64,000 bases of DNA from an uncultured Gammaproteobacteria bacterium (GCA_964345045.1 CAYFPM010000001.1:236215-300214); one strand, 5' to 3'; numbered from the stretch's first letter, positions 35,901-45,995 are shown. The notes: generated by a model not told the origin, from the sequence alone. Made by a program: numbers and translations.

Positions 35901-36629
35901 ATGTTACACGTAAATAATATAAAAAAATCATTCGGTGGGGTGGAAGCGATCAAAGGCTCGGATTTTGTAATTGAAAAGAACAAAACCACGGCTTTGATTG
36001 GACCAAATGGAGCTGGCAAAACGACACTTTTTAATATTATTTGTGGGTTGGTAAAACCAGATCATGGCGACATTATTTTTGAAAATAAAAACTTAAATAA
36101 TCTTAGGCCAGACGAGCGGATAAACCTAGGGATTAGTAGAACTTTTCAACAGGTTAGGCTTTTTAAATACTTAACCATCTTAGATCATCTGCGCATGATA
36201 GAGGATAATGAAGATACTAAGATTTTTAAAAATATTTTTTCTAAAAATAAAGTAGACAAAGAAAAGTACCAGAAAGTATTAGATGAATTTGGAATAAAAA
36301 GATCTGTAGAAGCCTTAGCTAGCGAGCTTAGCTACGGACAGGGGAAACTGCTCGACATTGTCATGGCTCTGAAAAAGAAACATAGCTTGCTAATGCTAGA
36401 CGAACCTGTAGCTGGGGTAAACAGTGTGATTCAAAATCAAATAGAGGATTTATTATTATCTCTAAAAGAAAAAGGCGAGACAATTCTCTTGATTGACCAT
36501 GATATGGAATTTGTGATGAGGCTAGCAGATCATGTGGTTGTGCTAGACGCCGGGGTGGTACTTACCCAAGGCGAGCCAGATGAAGTTTTGCAGGATAAAC
36601 GGGTTTTGGAAGCTTATTTAGGGGAATAA
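35901..36629 (+). CDS. ABC transporter ATP-binding protein (LivG-like)
   Basis: Walker A GPNGAGKTT, signature LSYGQGKLL, Walker B LLMLDEP. Confidence 0.9.
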   Translation: MLHVNNIKKSFGGVEAIKGSDFVIEKNKTTALIGPNGAGKTTLFNIICGLVKPDHGDIIFENKNLNNLRPDERINLGISRTFQQVRLFKYLTILDHLRMIEDNEDTKIFKNIFSKNKVDKEKYQKVLDEFGIKRSVEALASELSYGQGKLLDIVMALKKKHSLLMLDEPVAGVNSVIQNQIEDLLLSLKEKGETILLIDHDMEFVMRLADHVVVLDAGVVLTQGEPDEVLQDKRVLEAYLGE

Positions 36630-36630
36630 T

Positions 36631-37353
36631 ATGAAAAGTATTTTAAAAATAAAAAATTTAAATGCTGGCTACAAAGATGTTCAGATTCTCAAGAACATTG
36701 ATTTGGAATTGGAGCCTAGCACTATTTCTGTCTTAATGGGGCCAAATGGAGCGGGCAAATCTACCTTGCTTAAGTCTATTTTTAATATTACTGATATTTC
36801 TTCTGGAAGTTTGAGTTTAGAAGACAAAGATATTACTAAGTTGCCATCACATAAATTGTTGGAATTAGGCGTGGCGTTTGTATCACAAGGCAAGGTTAAT
36901 TTTGGAAATCTAAGTGTAAAAGATAATCTCATCTTGGGAGCTCATCTAGAAAAAGATAAGAATAAGATTGAGACTAAGATTAAGAGCATTTTTGCTCAGT
37001 TTCCTATTTTAGAAAAAAAACAGACAGAATATGCTTTTGCCCTCTCTGGTGGAGAGCAGCAAATGCTGGCCATTGGTCGGGCGCTAATGAGTAATCCTAA
37101 GCTCCTTCTAATGGATGAACCTTCACTTGGCCTCTCTCCCAAATTAGTCAAAGAAATTTTTGAACATATCAGAAAAATAAAAGAAGAGTTTGGTGTGACT
37201 ATTTTAATTGTTGAACATAATTTGAAGAGTTTAATGGAAATTGCAGATTATGGTTTTGTGTTGGTGCAGGGTGAGATTGTAGCTCATGACAAATGTGAAA
37301 TTCTAAAAAATAGTGAGATAATGAAAAAAGTTTTTGTGGGGGAATTTGATTAG
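36631..37353 (+). CDS. ABC transporter ATP-binding protein (LivF-like)
   Basis: Walker A GPNGAGKST, signature LSGGEQQML, Walker B LLLMDEPS. Confidence 0.9.
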   Translation: MKSILKIKNLNAGYKDVQILKNIDLELEPSTISVLMGPNGAGKSTLLKSIFNITDISSGSLSLEDKDITKLPSHKLLELGVAFVSQGKVNFGNLSVKDNLILGAHLEKDKNKIETKIKSIFAQFPILEKKQTEYAFALSGGEQQMLAIGRALMSNPKLLLMDEPSLGLSPKLVKEIFEHIRKIKEEFGVTILIVEHNLKSLMEIADYGFVLVQGEIVAHDKCEILKNSEIMKKVFVGEFD

Positions 37354-37454
37354 TAAAAAATAGTTATCCACAATGAGTTTTGTAAGATAGTTAGAAATTT
37401 AAAAAAATGTTATAATTATAAACAGTATTTTAATTACTCTTAATTCATATTCTT

Positions 37455-37679
37455 ATGAAGGAAGGAAAAAATGGGTTGTCAAAACTAGCGTTTTGGCTTG
37501 TAATTATTGGTGCTCTTAATTGGGGTCTAGTAGGCCTTGGGGGGTTCCTGGGTGGCAATTGGAATATTGTTAACCTGATTTTTGGCTCATGGGCTTGGCT
37601 AGAAAATCTAGTCTACCTATTGGTGGGTCTTTCTGCTGTAATGGTGATGATGGATTGTAAAGGTAAGAAGGGGATGTAA
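37455..37679 (+). CDS. DUF378-family small membrane protein
   Basis: IGALNWGLVGLGGF...NLVYLLVGLSAV. Confidence 0.55.
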   Translation: MKEGKNGLSKLAFWLVIIGALNWGLVGLGGFLGGNWNIVNLIFGSWAWLENLVYLLVGLSAVMVMMDCKGKKGM

Positions 37680-37775
37680 TCTAAATCAGAATATCTTCTT
37701 AGTAAAGACGCTCTTTTGAGAGCGTTTTTGCATTTTTATTTAATATGTTAAGCTTTATGTTAGTATTAATAAATT

Positions 37776-38630
37776 ATGCCAGAATTACCAGAAGTCGAGA
37801 CAATTAGACGAGATTTGCTAGAAAAGGTTTTGCAAAAAGCTATTAGCAAAGTAGAAATAATGAGAGAGAAAACCGTCCGATCAGATCATGATTTTTTCAA
37901 GAACACTCTTACCAAGAGTAAATTTTTGGATATAGATAGAATTGGCAAATTACTTATGTTTGACTTGGGAAACTTACATATGTTGGTGCATCTCAAAATG
38001 ACTGGCCAGTTGATTTACAAAGAAAGTGAAAAAGTTATTGCCGGTGGACACAGCGATGGAGAATTAGATTTGAAAGTCCCAAATAATCATACTAGAGCGG
38101 CAATTTACTTTGCCGATGGTTCGGGTCTTTTTTTCAACGACATGAGGGTGTTTGGTTATTTGCAGTTAGCTAATGAAGAGGAGAAACAAAAGATCAAAGC
38201 CAAATATGGTATAGAGCCTTTGACAAATAATTATACATATGAAAATTTTGAAAAAGCTTTGCAAAATAGAAAGAAAAATTTGAAGGCAGTTTTACTTGAT
38301 CAGAGTATATTTTCTGGGATTGGTAATATCTATGCAGACGAAGCTTGTTTTATGGCGGGAGTCAGGCCAGATAGGTTAGCAAATTCTCTTTCTACAGAAG
38401 AAAAACAAAAATTATTTAAATCAATAGAAACAGTGATAGCCAAAGCAGTAGATGAAAGAGGAACTACTTTTAATGATTATGTTGATCCGTATGGTAGGAA
38501 GGGTAATTTTGTAAATTTTTTGCAAGTTTATGGCCGAGGTGGGGAACTTTGTAATAAGTGTGGCGAAAGTTTACAGAAAATTAAAGTAGCCGGGCGAGGG
38601 ACTGTAGTTTGTGCAAAATGTCAGAAGTGA
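37776..38630 (+). CDS. mutM: Formamidopyrimidine-DNA glycosylase
   Basis: N-terminal MPELPEVETIRR. C-terminal zinc finger CNKCGE...CAKCQK. Confidence 0.9.
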   Translation: MPELPEVETIRRDLLEKVLQKAISKVEIMREKTVRSDHDFFKNTLTKSKFLDIDRIGKLLMFDLGNLHMLVHLKMTGQLIYKESEKVIAGGHSDGELDLKVPNNHTRAAIYFADGSGLFFNDMRVFGYLQLANEEEKQKIKAKYGIEPLTNNYTYENFEKALQNRKKNLKAVLLDQSIFSGIGNIYADEACFMAGVRPDRLANSLSTEEKQKLFKSIETVIAKAVDERGTTFNDYVDPYGRKGNFVNFLQVYGRGGELCNKCGESLQKIKVAGRGTVVCAKCQK

Positions 38631-38673
38631 TATAATTAAATTATAAATTTAAAATCTAAAATCATAAATTTTT

Positions 38674-39738
38674 ATGCCTTATTTAGATTATTTGGAGAAT
38701 ATTACCTATTTAAACAACACCTTGCTGGACTATGCTTATGCTGTAGTTGGTTTTGTGCTTTCTATGGTTGTATTAAAGGTTTTTCAGATGGTGGTGTTAA
38801 GTAGGCTAAAAAAATTGGCCGAGAAAACTAAGACTGATTTGGATGATGTCTTTGTGGGGTTAGTATCTAGTGTCAAGCCACCTTTGTATTTTTTTATATC
38901 TGTATATATTGGTTATCAATTTTTGGATTTTGATGATCGCATAGACAATATCGTAGGAATGATAATATTTGTACTTATCGTCTACGAGATAATAAGATCT
39001 TTGGCAGGACTATTTGACTACTTTATAGAGAAACAGGCCAAAAGACAAAAAACAGAAGGTGAAAGAAAACAAACCAAAACTGTTTTGGGGGTATTAAAAA
39101 CTTTTGTGATGATAGGTTTGTGGATTGTGGCGGTGATTCTTATCCTTTCAAACTATGGCGTAAATGTTAGTTCTATTATTGCTAGTTTGGGTATTGGTGG
39201 TTTGGCTGTAGCTTTGGCTCTACAAAATATCCTGACAGATATATTTAGTTCTTTTTCTATTTTTGTAGACAAACCGTTTCAAATAGGAGATTTTATAATA
39301 GTGGGTGAACATTCTGGTAATGTACAACAAATTGGATTAAAAACTACCAGAATAAAAACTTTGGAAGGACAAGAATTAGTTATTTCAAATAAGGAATTGA
39401 CCAGTGCCAGAGTAGAGAATTATGGTCGCATGAAAAGAAGACGAGTTGTTGTTACTTTGGGGGTTGAATATGGAACTAGTAAAAAAGTCTTAGAAAGTAT
39501 CCCAGATCTTACCAAACGAATTGTGGATAATGTAGAAAAAGCAACTTTTGACAGATGCCATTTCAAAACTTATGGCCCTTACAGTTTGGATTTTGAATTG
39601 GTTTACTATGTAGAATCTGCAGACTATGTAGATTATATGGACATAAATCAGGCCATAAATATGGATATATACGAAGTATTTACCAAAGAAAATATCAACT
39701 TTGCTTTTCCAACTCAGACGGTATTTGTACAGAAATAA
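38674..39738 (+). CDS. Small-conductance mechanosensitive channel (MscS family)
   Basis: N-terminal TM helices. GIGGLAVALALQNIL...FSIFVDKPFQIGDFIIVGEHSGNVQQIGLKTTRIKTLEGQELVISN. Confidence 0.85.
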   Translation: MPYLDYLENITYLNNTLLDYAYAVVGFVLSMVVLKVFQMVVLSRLKKLAEKTKTDLDDVFVGLVSSVKPPLYFFISVYIGYQFLDFDDRIDNIVGMIIFVLIVYEIIRSLAGLFDYFIEKQAKRQKTEGERKQTKTVLGVLKTFVMIGLWIVAVILILSNYGVNVSSIIASLGIGGLAVALALQNILTDIFSSFSIFVDKPFQIGDFIIVGEHSGNVQQIGLKTTRIKTLEGQELVISNKELTSARVENYGRMKRRRVVVTLGVEYGTSKKVLESIPDLTKRIVDNVEKATFDRCHFKTYGPYSLDFELVYYVESADYVDYMDINQAINMDIYEVFTKENINFAFPTQTVFVQK

Positions 39739-39755
39739 TCTATTGACTAATATCA

Positions 39756-39786
39756 AAAAGTGACGTATAATGACGTCACTTTTTAT
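39756..39786 (+). terminator. Rho-independent terminator after mscS
   Basis: aaaagtgacgt ataatg acgtcactttt. Confidence 0.6.
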
Positions 39787-39823
39787 ATAAGCTTGCAACA
39801 GCGTAGCCTGTAGGCGAAGACGT

Positions 39824-39836
39824 GCCATCATAGCTC
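39824..39836 (+). repeat. Duplicate of the first 13 nt of tRNA-Thr(GGT), 80 nt upstream of the gene
   Basis: gccatcatagctc is identical to the tRNA 5' end. Confidence 0.5.
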
Positions 39837-39915
39837 CCCGATGCTCACTGCGTTTGATCGGGGCAGGCAGTTGGCCTACTTTCGCTAAAATTGTGGCGGA
39901 AGATATTTAGATTAT

Positions 39916-39988
39916 GCCATCATAGCTCAGTTGGTAGAGCGCATCCATGGTAAGGATGAGGTCACCAGTTCAATCCTGGTTGATGGCT
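39916..39988 (+). tRNA. tRNA-Thr (anticodon GGT), CCA not encoded
   Basis: GCCATCATAGCTCAGTTGGTAGAGCGCATCCATGGTAAGGATGAGGTCACCAGTTCAATCCTGGTTGATGGCT. Confidence 0.85.
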
Positions 39989-40064
39989 CAGCGTGGAGCG
40001 CCCCGACGTGACGTCGGGGAGGTCTCCGGTTTCAGCCAAAGGCTGACCAGGTCGGATGACCTGG

Positions 40065-40085
40065 CAATCCTGGTTGATGGCTCAG
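40065..40085 (+). repeat. Duplicate of the last 21 nt of tRNA-Thr(GGT), about 75 nt downstream of the gene
   Basis: caatcctggttgatggctcag repeats the T-arm/acceptor 3' end. GC-rich hairpins ccccgacgtgacgtcgggg and ccaggtcggatgacctgg lie between the gene and this copy. Confidence 0.6.
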
Positions 40086-40252
40086 AAATACTGTCCATAT
40101 AGGCAGTATTTTTTTGTTAAATAATTAATTGGGTTTTATTTTGCTAAAATAAGCCAAAAAGTTAGAGATTAGATAGTATTTATGTACTATTGACAAGTTT
40201 ATTCTTTTTGTATATAATACGTCCACTCTAAATAAAATTTAATTTTTCGCCT

Positions 40253-40408
40253 ATGTCACAAGATAACATGATAAAAATGGAGTGCGAAGATTGTAAACAG
40301 ACCAACTATTTTTCTAGAAAGAACAAAAAAACTCTTAAAGAAAGATTGGGTCTAATGAAGCACTGCAAAGAGTGTGTATCTCACAAACTTCACAAAGAAA
40401 CAAAATAA
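40253..40408 (+). CDS. rpmG: 50S ribosomal protein L33
   Basis: MSQDNMIKMECEDCKQTNYFSRKNKKTLKERLGLMKHCKECVSHKLHKETK is the L33 pattern with CxxC...CxxC. Below the ORF-track cutoff. Confidence 0.85.
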   Translation: MSQDNMIKMECEDCKQTNYFSRKNKKTLKERLGLMKHCKECVSHKLHKETK

Positions 40409-40410
40409 TT

Positions 40411-40436
40411 TCTTCCGGCCGATAGGCCGGTTTTTG
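40411..40436 (+). terminator. Rho-independent terminator after rpmG
   Basis: ccggccgataggccgg tttttg. Confidence 0.65.
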
Positions 40437-40480
40437 TCTCTTGATTTTTAGTTTTTTTTGGTATAAAATTGTTTTCATAT

Positions 40481-40551
40481 GGGCGAGTCGTATAGTGGTA
40501 GTACTGGGGTCTCCAAAACCTCAAGCGGGGGTTCGATTCCCTCCTCGCCTG
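40481..40551 (+). tRNA. tRNA-Trp (anticodon CCA), CCA end not encoded
   Basis: GGGCGAGTCGTATAGTGGTAGTACTGGGGTCTCCAAAACCTCAAGCGGGGGTTCGATTCCCTCCTCGCCTG. Confidence 0.8.
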
Positions 40552-40650
40552 CGCAAGAGCGTAAAAATAAAGATACTCTTATTACGGAGTATTTTTATTT
40601 TTTTCTCTATGTTAAAATATTTTTGAATAAAAAATTAAGAAAAAATAATT

Positions 40651-41271
40651 ATGAATTTTGTAGATGCTAATACTTATCCCGATGTAACAAAAGAAGAATT
40701 TAATAAAATAAAAAATAGTTATTTAGAAAAAATTAAATTGCCAAATCAAAAACCAACAAAACCAATATTGCTTTGCCCGGTTGGTTTTGTAGGGGCTGGA
40801 AAAACAACAATAGTAAAACCTCTTTCCCAAAAATTAAATTTGGCTAGAGTTTCTACCGATGAATTAAGAAAAGTATTGAAAGAACACAAACGAAATTATG
40901 ATTCTGTAAGAGAAATTGCTTGGGAGATAATTTCTGAATTGTTGCAAAAAGGTTATAGTGTGGCAGTGGATGCAAACTGTTCCAAACCGATAACCAGAGA
41001 AAAAATCAGTAAAGCAGAAAAAGAATTTGATATAAAAACAATTTGGATTCATATTGATCCTCCGGAAGAATTTATTTTTAATAAATTAAGAAATTACCAA
41101 CACACTTGGCTTTTTAGAGATGGAGAGCAAGCCATAGAAGTGTACAAACTTGCCAAAGAAAATGCAGATCTTTCTGGTATAAATTTTGACTATCGGTTTG
41201 ATACGTCAAAGGAAAATTTACAAGAGCAGATAGAACAGTTTGTTAATAAATTTAATCACATTAATAAATAA
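40651..41271 (+). CDS. P-loop kinase-like protein (AAA_33/zeta-toxin-like fold), function unknown
   Basis: Walker A LLCPVGFVGAGKTT. About 200 aa. Confidence 0.55.
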   Translation: MNFVDANTYPDVTKEEFNKIKNSYLEKIKLPNQKPTKPILLCPVGFVGAGKTTIVKPLSQKLNLARVSTDELRKVLKEHKRNYDSVREIAWEIISELLQKGYSVAVDANCSKPITREKISKAEKEFDIKTIWIHIDPPEEFIFNKLRNYQHTWLFRDGEQAIEVYKLAKENADLSGINFDYRFDTSKENLQEQIEQFVNKFNHINK

Positions 41272-41298
41272 AGATAACTGTGGTAAAATAGATTCACT

Positions 41299-42666
41299 AT
41301 GCCACAAAAACAAAAAAATAAATTTAAAGAAGCTTACATTGTAACTGTAGATATGGGATATGGCCACCAGAGAGCCATGTACCCACTAAAACATTTGGCT
41401 GCCAAACCTGTTGGTATAAAAACCAAGGAAAATAATATACTTACCGCCAACAATTATGACGGCATCCCTAAATTGGATAAAACCAGATGGGAAGGAGGCA
41501 GATCACTTTACGAAACAGTTTCTAGGATGAAAAAATTGCCACTAGTAGGTAAGTATATTTTTGGTTTTATGGATTACTTGCAAAGGATAGAAGCTTTTTA
41601 TCCAAAAAGAGATTTGTCCAAACCAACCCAACAACTAAGACAAATATACAGAATGATGAAAAGAGGTTGGGGTAGAGATCTTATAAATAAATTAAACAAG
41701 AAACCACTTCCGCTAATTACTTCTTTTTTTACAATTGCTTTTTTTGCAGAGTATCATGGTTACAAAGGGGATATATATTGTCTGTGTACCGATACAGATA
41801 TAAGTAGAGCTTGGGTTCCATTAAAACCTTACAATAGCAATATAAAATATTTTGCTCCAAACAAACGTGTTCACGATAGATTGATTTCTTATGGAGTAAA
41901 AAAGGAAAATATTTTTGTAACTGGCTTTCCTTTGCCACAAGAAAATATTGGCAAAGCAGAAAATGTACTTCGTACCAATTTGGGGTGCAGAATTGGTCAC
42001 TTGGATCCAAAAGGCAAATACCAAAAAAAATACCAGCATACTTTAAATTATTATTTGGGTTCTAGATATTGCAAATTAGATCATTCTTACCCACTTACTA
42101 TTACCTTTGCGGTTGGTGGAGCTGGCGCCCAAAGAGACATTGGAGTAACAATTTTGGATTCTTTGCACAAAGAAATCGACGCCGGTAAGATTAGATTAAT
42201 TTTGGTAGCCGGAGTAAGAGAAGATGTTTATAACTATTACAAAAAAGAAGTTGGTAGGTTGCATTTGGACAAAAAACATAGTGGATCAATAGAGATTTTG
42301 TACGAAAAATCCAAAGACAAATATTTTCAAAAGTTTAATGAAGTTTTGCATACTACCGATGTATTGTGGACCAAACCGAGTGAATTGTCTTTTTATGCTG
42401 CCTTGGGTATCCCGATTATTATGGCTCCAACCATAGGTTCTCAAGAAACTTTTAATCAGGCTTGGTTACATCAGATTGGTGCTGGTTTTGAACAAGAAGA
42501 TCCAAAATACACCAACCAATGGTTTTTTGACTGGTTGGATTCTGGTTGGTTGGCTCAAGCAGCTATGGAAGGATTTATGGATGCTCCACAACACGCTGTA
42601 AATCATATAGAAAATATTATCCTAAAAGGAAAAAGAAGTGAGATAGAGGATATACATTTTTTATAG
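41299..42666 (+). CDS. GT28-family (MurG/MGDG-synthase/UgtP-like) glycosyltransferase
   Basis: The N-terminal VDMGYGHQRA resembles the GGGH motif of MGDG-synthase/MurG N-domains. C-terminal Rossmann half. Confidence 0.5.
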   Translation: MPQKQKNKFKEAYIVTVDMGYGHQRAMYPLKHLAAKPVGIKTKENNILTANNYDGIPKLDKTRWEGGRSLYETVSRMKKLPLVGKYIFGFMDYLQRIEAFYPKRDLSKPTQQLRQIYRMMKRGWGRDLINKLNKKPLPLITSFFTIAFFAEYHGYKGDIYCLCTDTDISRAWVPLKPYNSNIKYFAPNKRVHDRLISYGVKKENIFVTGFPLPQENIGKAENVLRTNLGCRIGHLDPKGKYQKKYQHTLNYYLGSRYCKLDHSYPLTITFAVGGAGAQRDIGVTILDSLHKEIDAGKIRLILVAGVREDVYNYYKKEVGRLHLDKKHSGSIEILYEKSKDKYFQKFNEVLHTTDVLWTKPSELSFYAALGIPIIMAPTIGSQETFNQAWLHQIGAGFEQEDPKYTNQWFFDWLDSGWLAQAAMEGFMDAPQHAVNHIENIILKGKRSEIEDIHFL

Positions 42667-42741
42667 GCCAGAAAGGCCAGAGAGGCTGGAGAAGCTTAAT
42701 TTTAGCCTCTTAAGCCTCTTAAGCTTTTTAAGCCTCTTAAT

Positions 42742-43665
42742 ATGTGGTTTTTTATTTCATTGCTTGGTTATCTTTTTTTAGCGATTGTTTTTGTTTTGGA
42801 TAAGTTAATTTTGACCAAGTCTATAGATAAGCCGGTGGTTTATACTTTTTATTCCACCATTTTTATGTTTGGAGCGCTTTTGACTTGGCCGTTTGGGGTA
42901 GAGTTACTTATTAGCGTAGATTGGATTTGGGCAACAGTTTCTGGTTTGGCCTTTGGCTTTGCTCTCTGGACTATGTTTATAGCTGTAAAAAAAGAAGAAG
43001 CTAGTCGGATAAATCCGTTTATTGGTTCTATTATTACAATTGCCACTTTTGGGCTGGCTTCTATATTTTTGGGTGAATCACTCAATGCCTGGCAAATAAT
43101 TGGAATTTTGTTATTATTTTTTGCCACGTTGTTATTATCTTTTTTTGGTGAACAACATGGTAAAAGAGGTTTGTCTGTTGGTTTCCTCTGGGGTATTCTT
43201 TCTGGTATTTTGTTTGCAGTTTCTCACACTACAGCCAAATATATTTACGAAATATATCCGTTTTTAACTGGTTTTATCTGGACTCGTGCTACGGTTGGTT
43301 TGGTTGGTTTGGTTTGTTTGTTTTTTCCGGCTGTTTGGGATACATTCAAACGCAAAGAAAGTAAATCTCTCAAACATTGTAAGAAAAAGGGTTTTGCCAA
43401 AAAACATGCTGTAGGTATAGTAGTGACAAACAAAGTCTTGGGGGTTTTGGCAGTGGTTTTGATTCAATATGCGATTGCGATTGGAAGTGTTACAATTGTA
43501 AACGCTCTGGTTGGGGTACAATACGCTATAATGTTATTGATGATATATCTTTTAACGATTTATACTCCCAAAATTTTTAAAGAGCATTTTTCCAAAGGAG
43601 AATTGAAAGTAGAAATAATTGCGATTGCTTTGATTATTGTGGGTTCGGCTATGGTGGTTTTTTAA
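42742..43665 (+). CDS. EamA/DMT-superfamily-like membrane transporter
   Basis: About ten TM helices in a two-fold repeat. Confidence 0.55.
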   Translation: MWFFISLLGYLFLAIVFVLDKLILTKSIDKPVVYTFYSTIFMFGALLTWPFGVELLISVDWIWATVSGLAFGFALWTMFIAVKKEEASRINPFIGSIITIATFGLASIFLGESLNAWQIIGILLLFFATLLLSFFGEQHGKRGLSVGFLWGILSGILFAVSHTTAKYIYEIYPFLTGFIWTRATVGLVGLVCLFFPAVWDTFKRKESKSLKHCKKKGFAKKHAVGIVVTNKVLGVLAVVLIQYAIAIGSVTIVNALVGVQYAIMLLMIYLLTIYTPKIFKEHFSKGELKVEIIAIALIIVGSAMVVF

Positions 43666-43747
43666 CTTTTAAGTAAATGGTAAATAGTAAATTGTAAACA
43701 GTTTTGTGTGTTTATTACAATTTACTATTTACAGTTTACTATAATTT

Positions 43748-44731
43748 ATGAAATACATATTTTACTTAGGAGTTGGGTTGGCTATTTTGTACGCATCACT
43801 TTGGGTGAGTAGTTTAAAAAAATATCCAATTGATTATGGAATTAGTTTCAATCAGAATCACGCGACTTCTTTGGGATTGGATTGGAAAGAAGTGTATAGA
43901 TCCATGCTAGAAGATATCAAACCAAAGTATATTAGGATTGCTGCTATGTGGAGTGAGGTAGAAAGAGAAAAAAATACTTTTGATTTTGCAGATGTAGATT
44001 GGATGATGAATCTGGCGGAAGAGAACAATGCAAAAGTAGTTTTGGTGGTTGGCCAAAAAGCGCCTCGTTGGCCAGAGTGCCATGTGCCAGAATGGATAGG
44101 GGATTATGAATCAAAAAGCGCAGAAGATCATTTGTTTAGATATATAACCGCTACTGTTGAAAAATACAAAGATCATAAAACTTTGGAAATATGGCAAGTA
44201 GAAAACGAAGCTTTTATAAAATTTAAATTTGGTGAATGTGAAGATTATCGTTCGGATTTGGTAGAAAAAGAAATTAAGCTGGTAAAGAGCTTGGATAGTG
44301 AACACAAAATAATGCTTACAGATAGTGGAGAATTGGGAACCTGGAAAAAACCAATGGAGCTGGGAGATTATTTTGGGACTACTTTGTATCGTATTGTCCG
44401 TACTCCTGGCAATAGAATTTTTCACTACGATTGGTTGCCGGCAGCTTTTTATAGGTGGAAAGCTCAGGTACTTGGCCAAGATTTGAATACTTTTTTTGTA
44501 GCCGAATTGCAGGCCGAGCCGTGGTTTACCGATGCAGGAGCAGAAAATACTTCTGTAGAAGAACAAGAGGAAACTATGAACATAAGAAGACTGCGGGAGC
44601 ACCTGGACTATGCTTCTAGAATTGGGACCCCTAGAGCTTATCTTTGGGGGGTAGAGTGGTGGTATTTTATGAAGGAAGTGAATAATGATAATCGGTATTG
44701 GGAGCTTATAAAAGAGGAGATTAATAGATAA
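43748..44731 (+). CDS. Putative secreted glycoside hydrolase (TIM-barrel, clan GH-A-like)
   Basis: N-terminal TM or signal. VENEAF, a candidate catalytic Glu in an NEx context. No firm family assignment. Confidence 0.4.
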   Translation: MKYIFYLGVGLAILYASLWVSSLKKYPIDYGISFNQNHATSLGLDWKEVYRSMLEDIKPKYIRIAAMWSEVEREKNTFDFADVDWMMNLAEENNAKVVLVVGQKAPRWPECHVPEWIGDYESKSAEDHLFRYITATVEKYKDHKTLEIWQVENEAFIKFKFGECEDYRSDLVEKEIKLVKSLDSEHKIMLTDSGELGTWKKPMELGDYFGTTLYRIVRTPGNRIFHYDWLPAAFYRWKAQVLGQDLNTFFVAELQAEPWFTDAGAENTSVEEQEETMNIRRLREHLDYASRIGTPRAYLWGVEWWYFMKEVNNDNRYWELIKEEINR

Positions 44732-44740
44732 AAAACAAAA

Positions 44741-44764
44741 GAACACCTGATTAGGTGTTCTTTT
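44741..44764. terminator. Bidirectional terminator between convergent genes
   Basis: gaacacctgattaggtgttc tttt. Confidence 0.55.
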
Positions 44765-44845
44765 GATGATCCCCGAATTTTGTTTGAATGTCCGAAGACT
44801 TTTTTGCAAGTTCGGGGGCGAACGCGCTTGGCGCATTTTGGCCTC

Positions 44846-45715
44846 CTAGATGTTTTTTTCAAAGACAAGTAGTTCGTGGTACTCGGGAACCAAAGGTAGA
44901 TCTATCCCGAGAGTCTCTTGGGCTACTAGTGTTGTGCCGCTAGCTTGGAATGTTTCGATCCATTCGTATTTTCGGAAGAAGTTCCCCGGTACAGGGATCT
45001 CTGCTCCATTGTGCAGACAACGGTTGTAGAACCAGTTGATGAACGCTTGCACATGCCAAGGAATGTACTGGTTGATAACTGATTCTATGATCACCACTTT
45101 TTGGGCCACCTGCAAGAGGCGATCTATTTCTGCAATTGGATCATCGCAATGATGGAGTACCGTAGATGCAACCGCCACGTCAAAAGGCGCGGCCTTGATC
45201 ACTTCTTCCCAATCTGTAGTAAACTGGAAACCGGAAGCTTGAGTAGCCTCGTGGATACGGTAGTCCGATACGTCGTATAATACCGTTTGACCAAATGGTC
45301 CCAGTCGTTCCGAAAGCCGGAGCATGATTTCGGCATCTCCGCAGCCAAAGTCAAGGACTTTTTGACCTTTGTGGCCGATCATATATGGAGTCAGATGCCC
45401 CACAAAGACTTCTGTCCTATCGTGGAGAGAGGGACGAATTACCGTTCCGCTCCTTTGGAGGAGCTTGTAGATTTCTTGAACAGCTTCTGGTTCACCCTCG
45501 GTGTCGTGAACTACAGTGGCAATCTGGGATTCCAGTTGAACACGTTGGGCGTGTTCGATCCCTAGTTGGATCAGCATCATCTGTAGTGGCCAGAAAATTT
45601 GTTCTAGTGGATATGAACCTAGGGATTCACGCATTTTGGTGTACATCTTTTGGGTGCTCTCGAGCATCTTTGCTCTCCTTCCGCTACTTGGCGGGGTTGG
45701 GGGTGAAAAAAACAA
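44846..45715 (-). CDS. Class I SAM-dependent methyltransferase (GC-rich, likely horizontally acquired)
   Basis: VLDFGCGDAEIMLRL is motif I. GC is well above the backbone. The true start may be the internal MLESTQK. Confidence 0.7.
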   Translation of the reverse strand: MFFSPPTPPSSGRRAKMLESTQKMYTKMRESLGSYPLEQIFWPLQMMLIQLGIEHAQRVQLESQIATVVHDTEGEPEAVQEIYKLLQRSGTVIRPSLHDRTEVFVGHLTPYMIGHKGQKVLDFGCGDAEIMLRLSERLGPFGQTVLYDVSDYRIHEATQASGFQFTTDWEEVIKAAPFDVAVASTVLHHCDDPIAEIDRLLQVAQKVVIIESVINQYIPWHVQAFINWFYNRCLHNGAEIPVPGNFFRKYEWIETFQASGTTLVAQETLGIDLPLVPEYHELLVFEKNI

Positions 45716-45832
45716 AAAATATCATAACTATTGTTATGACAAATTAAATTAACATATTTTTATATTTACGTCAATTTAGGGGGGGAATGTTTTACAAAAC
45801 AAAAAAACTACTTTTCAGTAGCTTTTTTTTCT

Positions 45833-45851
45833 GTGCGCGCCGAGGGAATCT
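45833..45851. repeat. Direct repeat of the 3' end of tRNA-Val, about 145 nt from the gene
   Basis: tgtgcgcgccgagggaatc versus cgtgcgcgccgagggattc at the tRNA 3' end. Confidence 0.6.
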
Positions 45852-45995
45852 CACTCGCTTCGCTCTCACGAAAACCTTCGGGTTTTCGTGGACTTTCCTC
45901 GGCATGTAAGGGGCTCTGCCCCTTACCATCCCCGGTTCGAATCCCTGTGCACTTACAAAACAAAAAAACCACCATCTGGTGATTTTTTTATTTCG

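Noticed and set aside
45853-45995. Possible extra tRNA gene because of a GGTTCGAATCC motif
   Set aside because: No acceptor or T-stem pairing and no anticodon arm of normal size can be formed. It is treated as a tRNA-like remnant.
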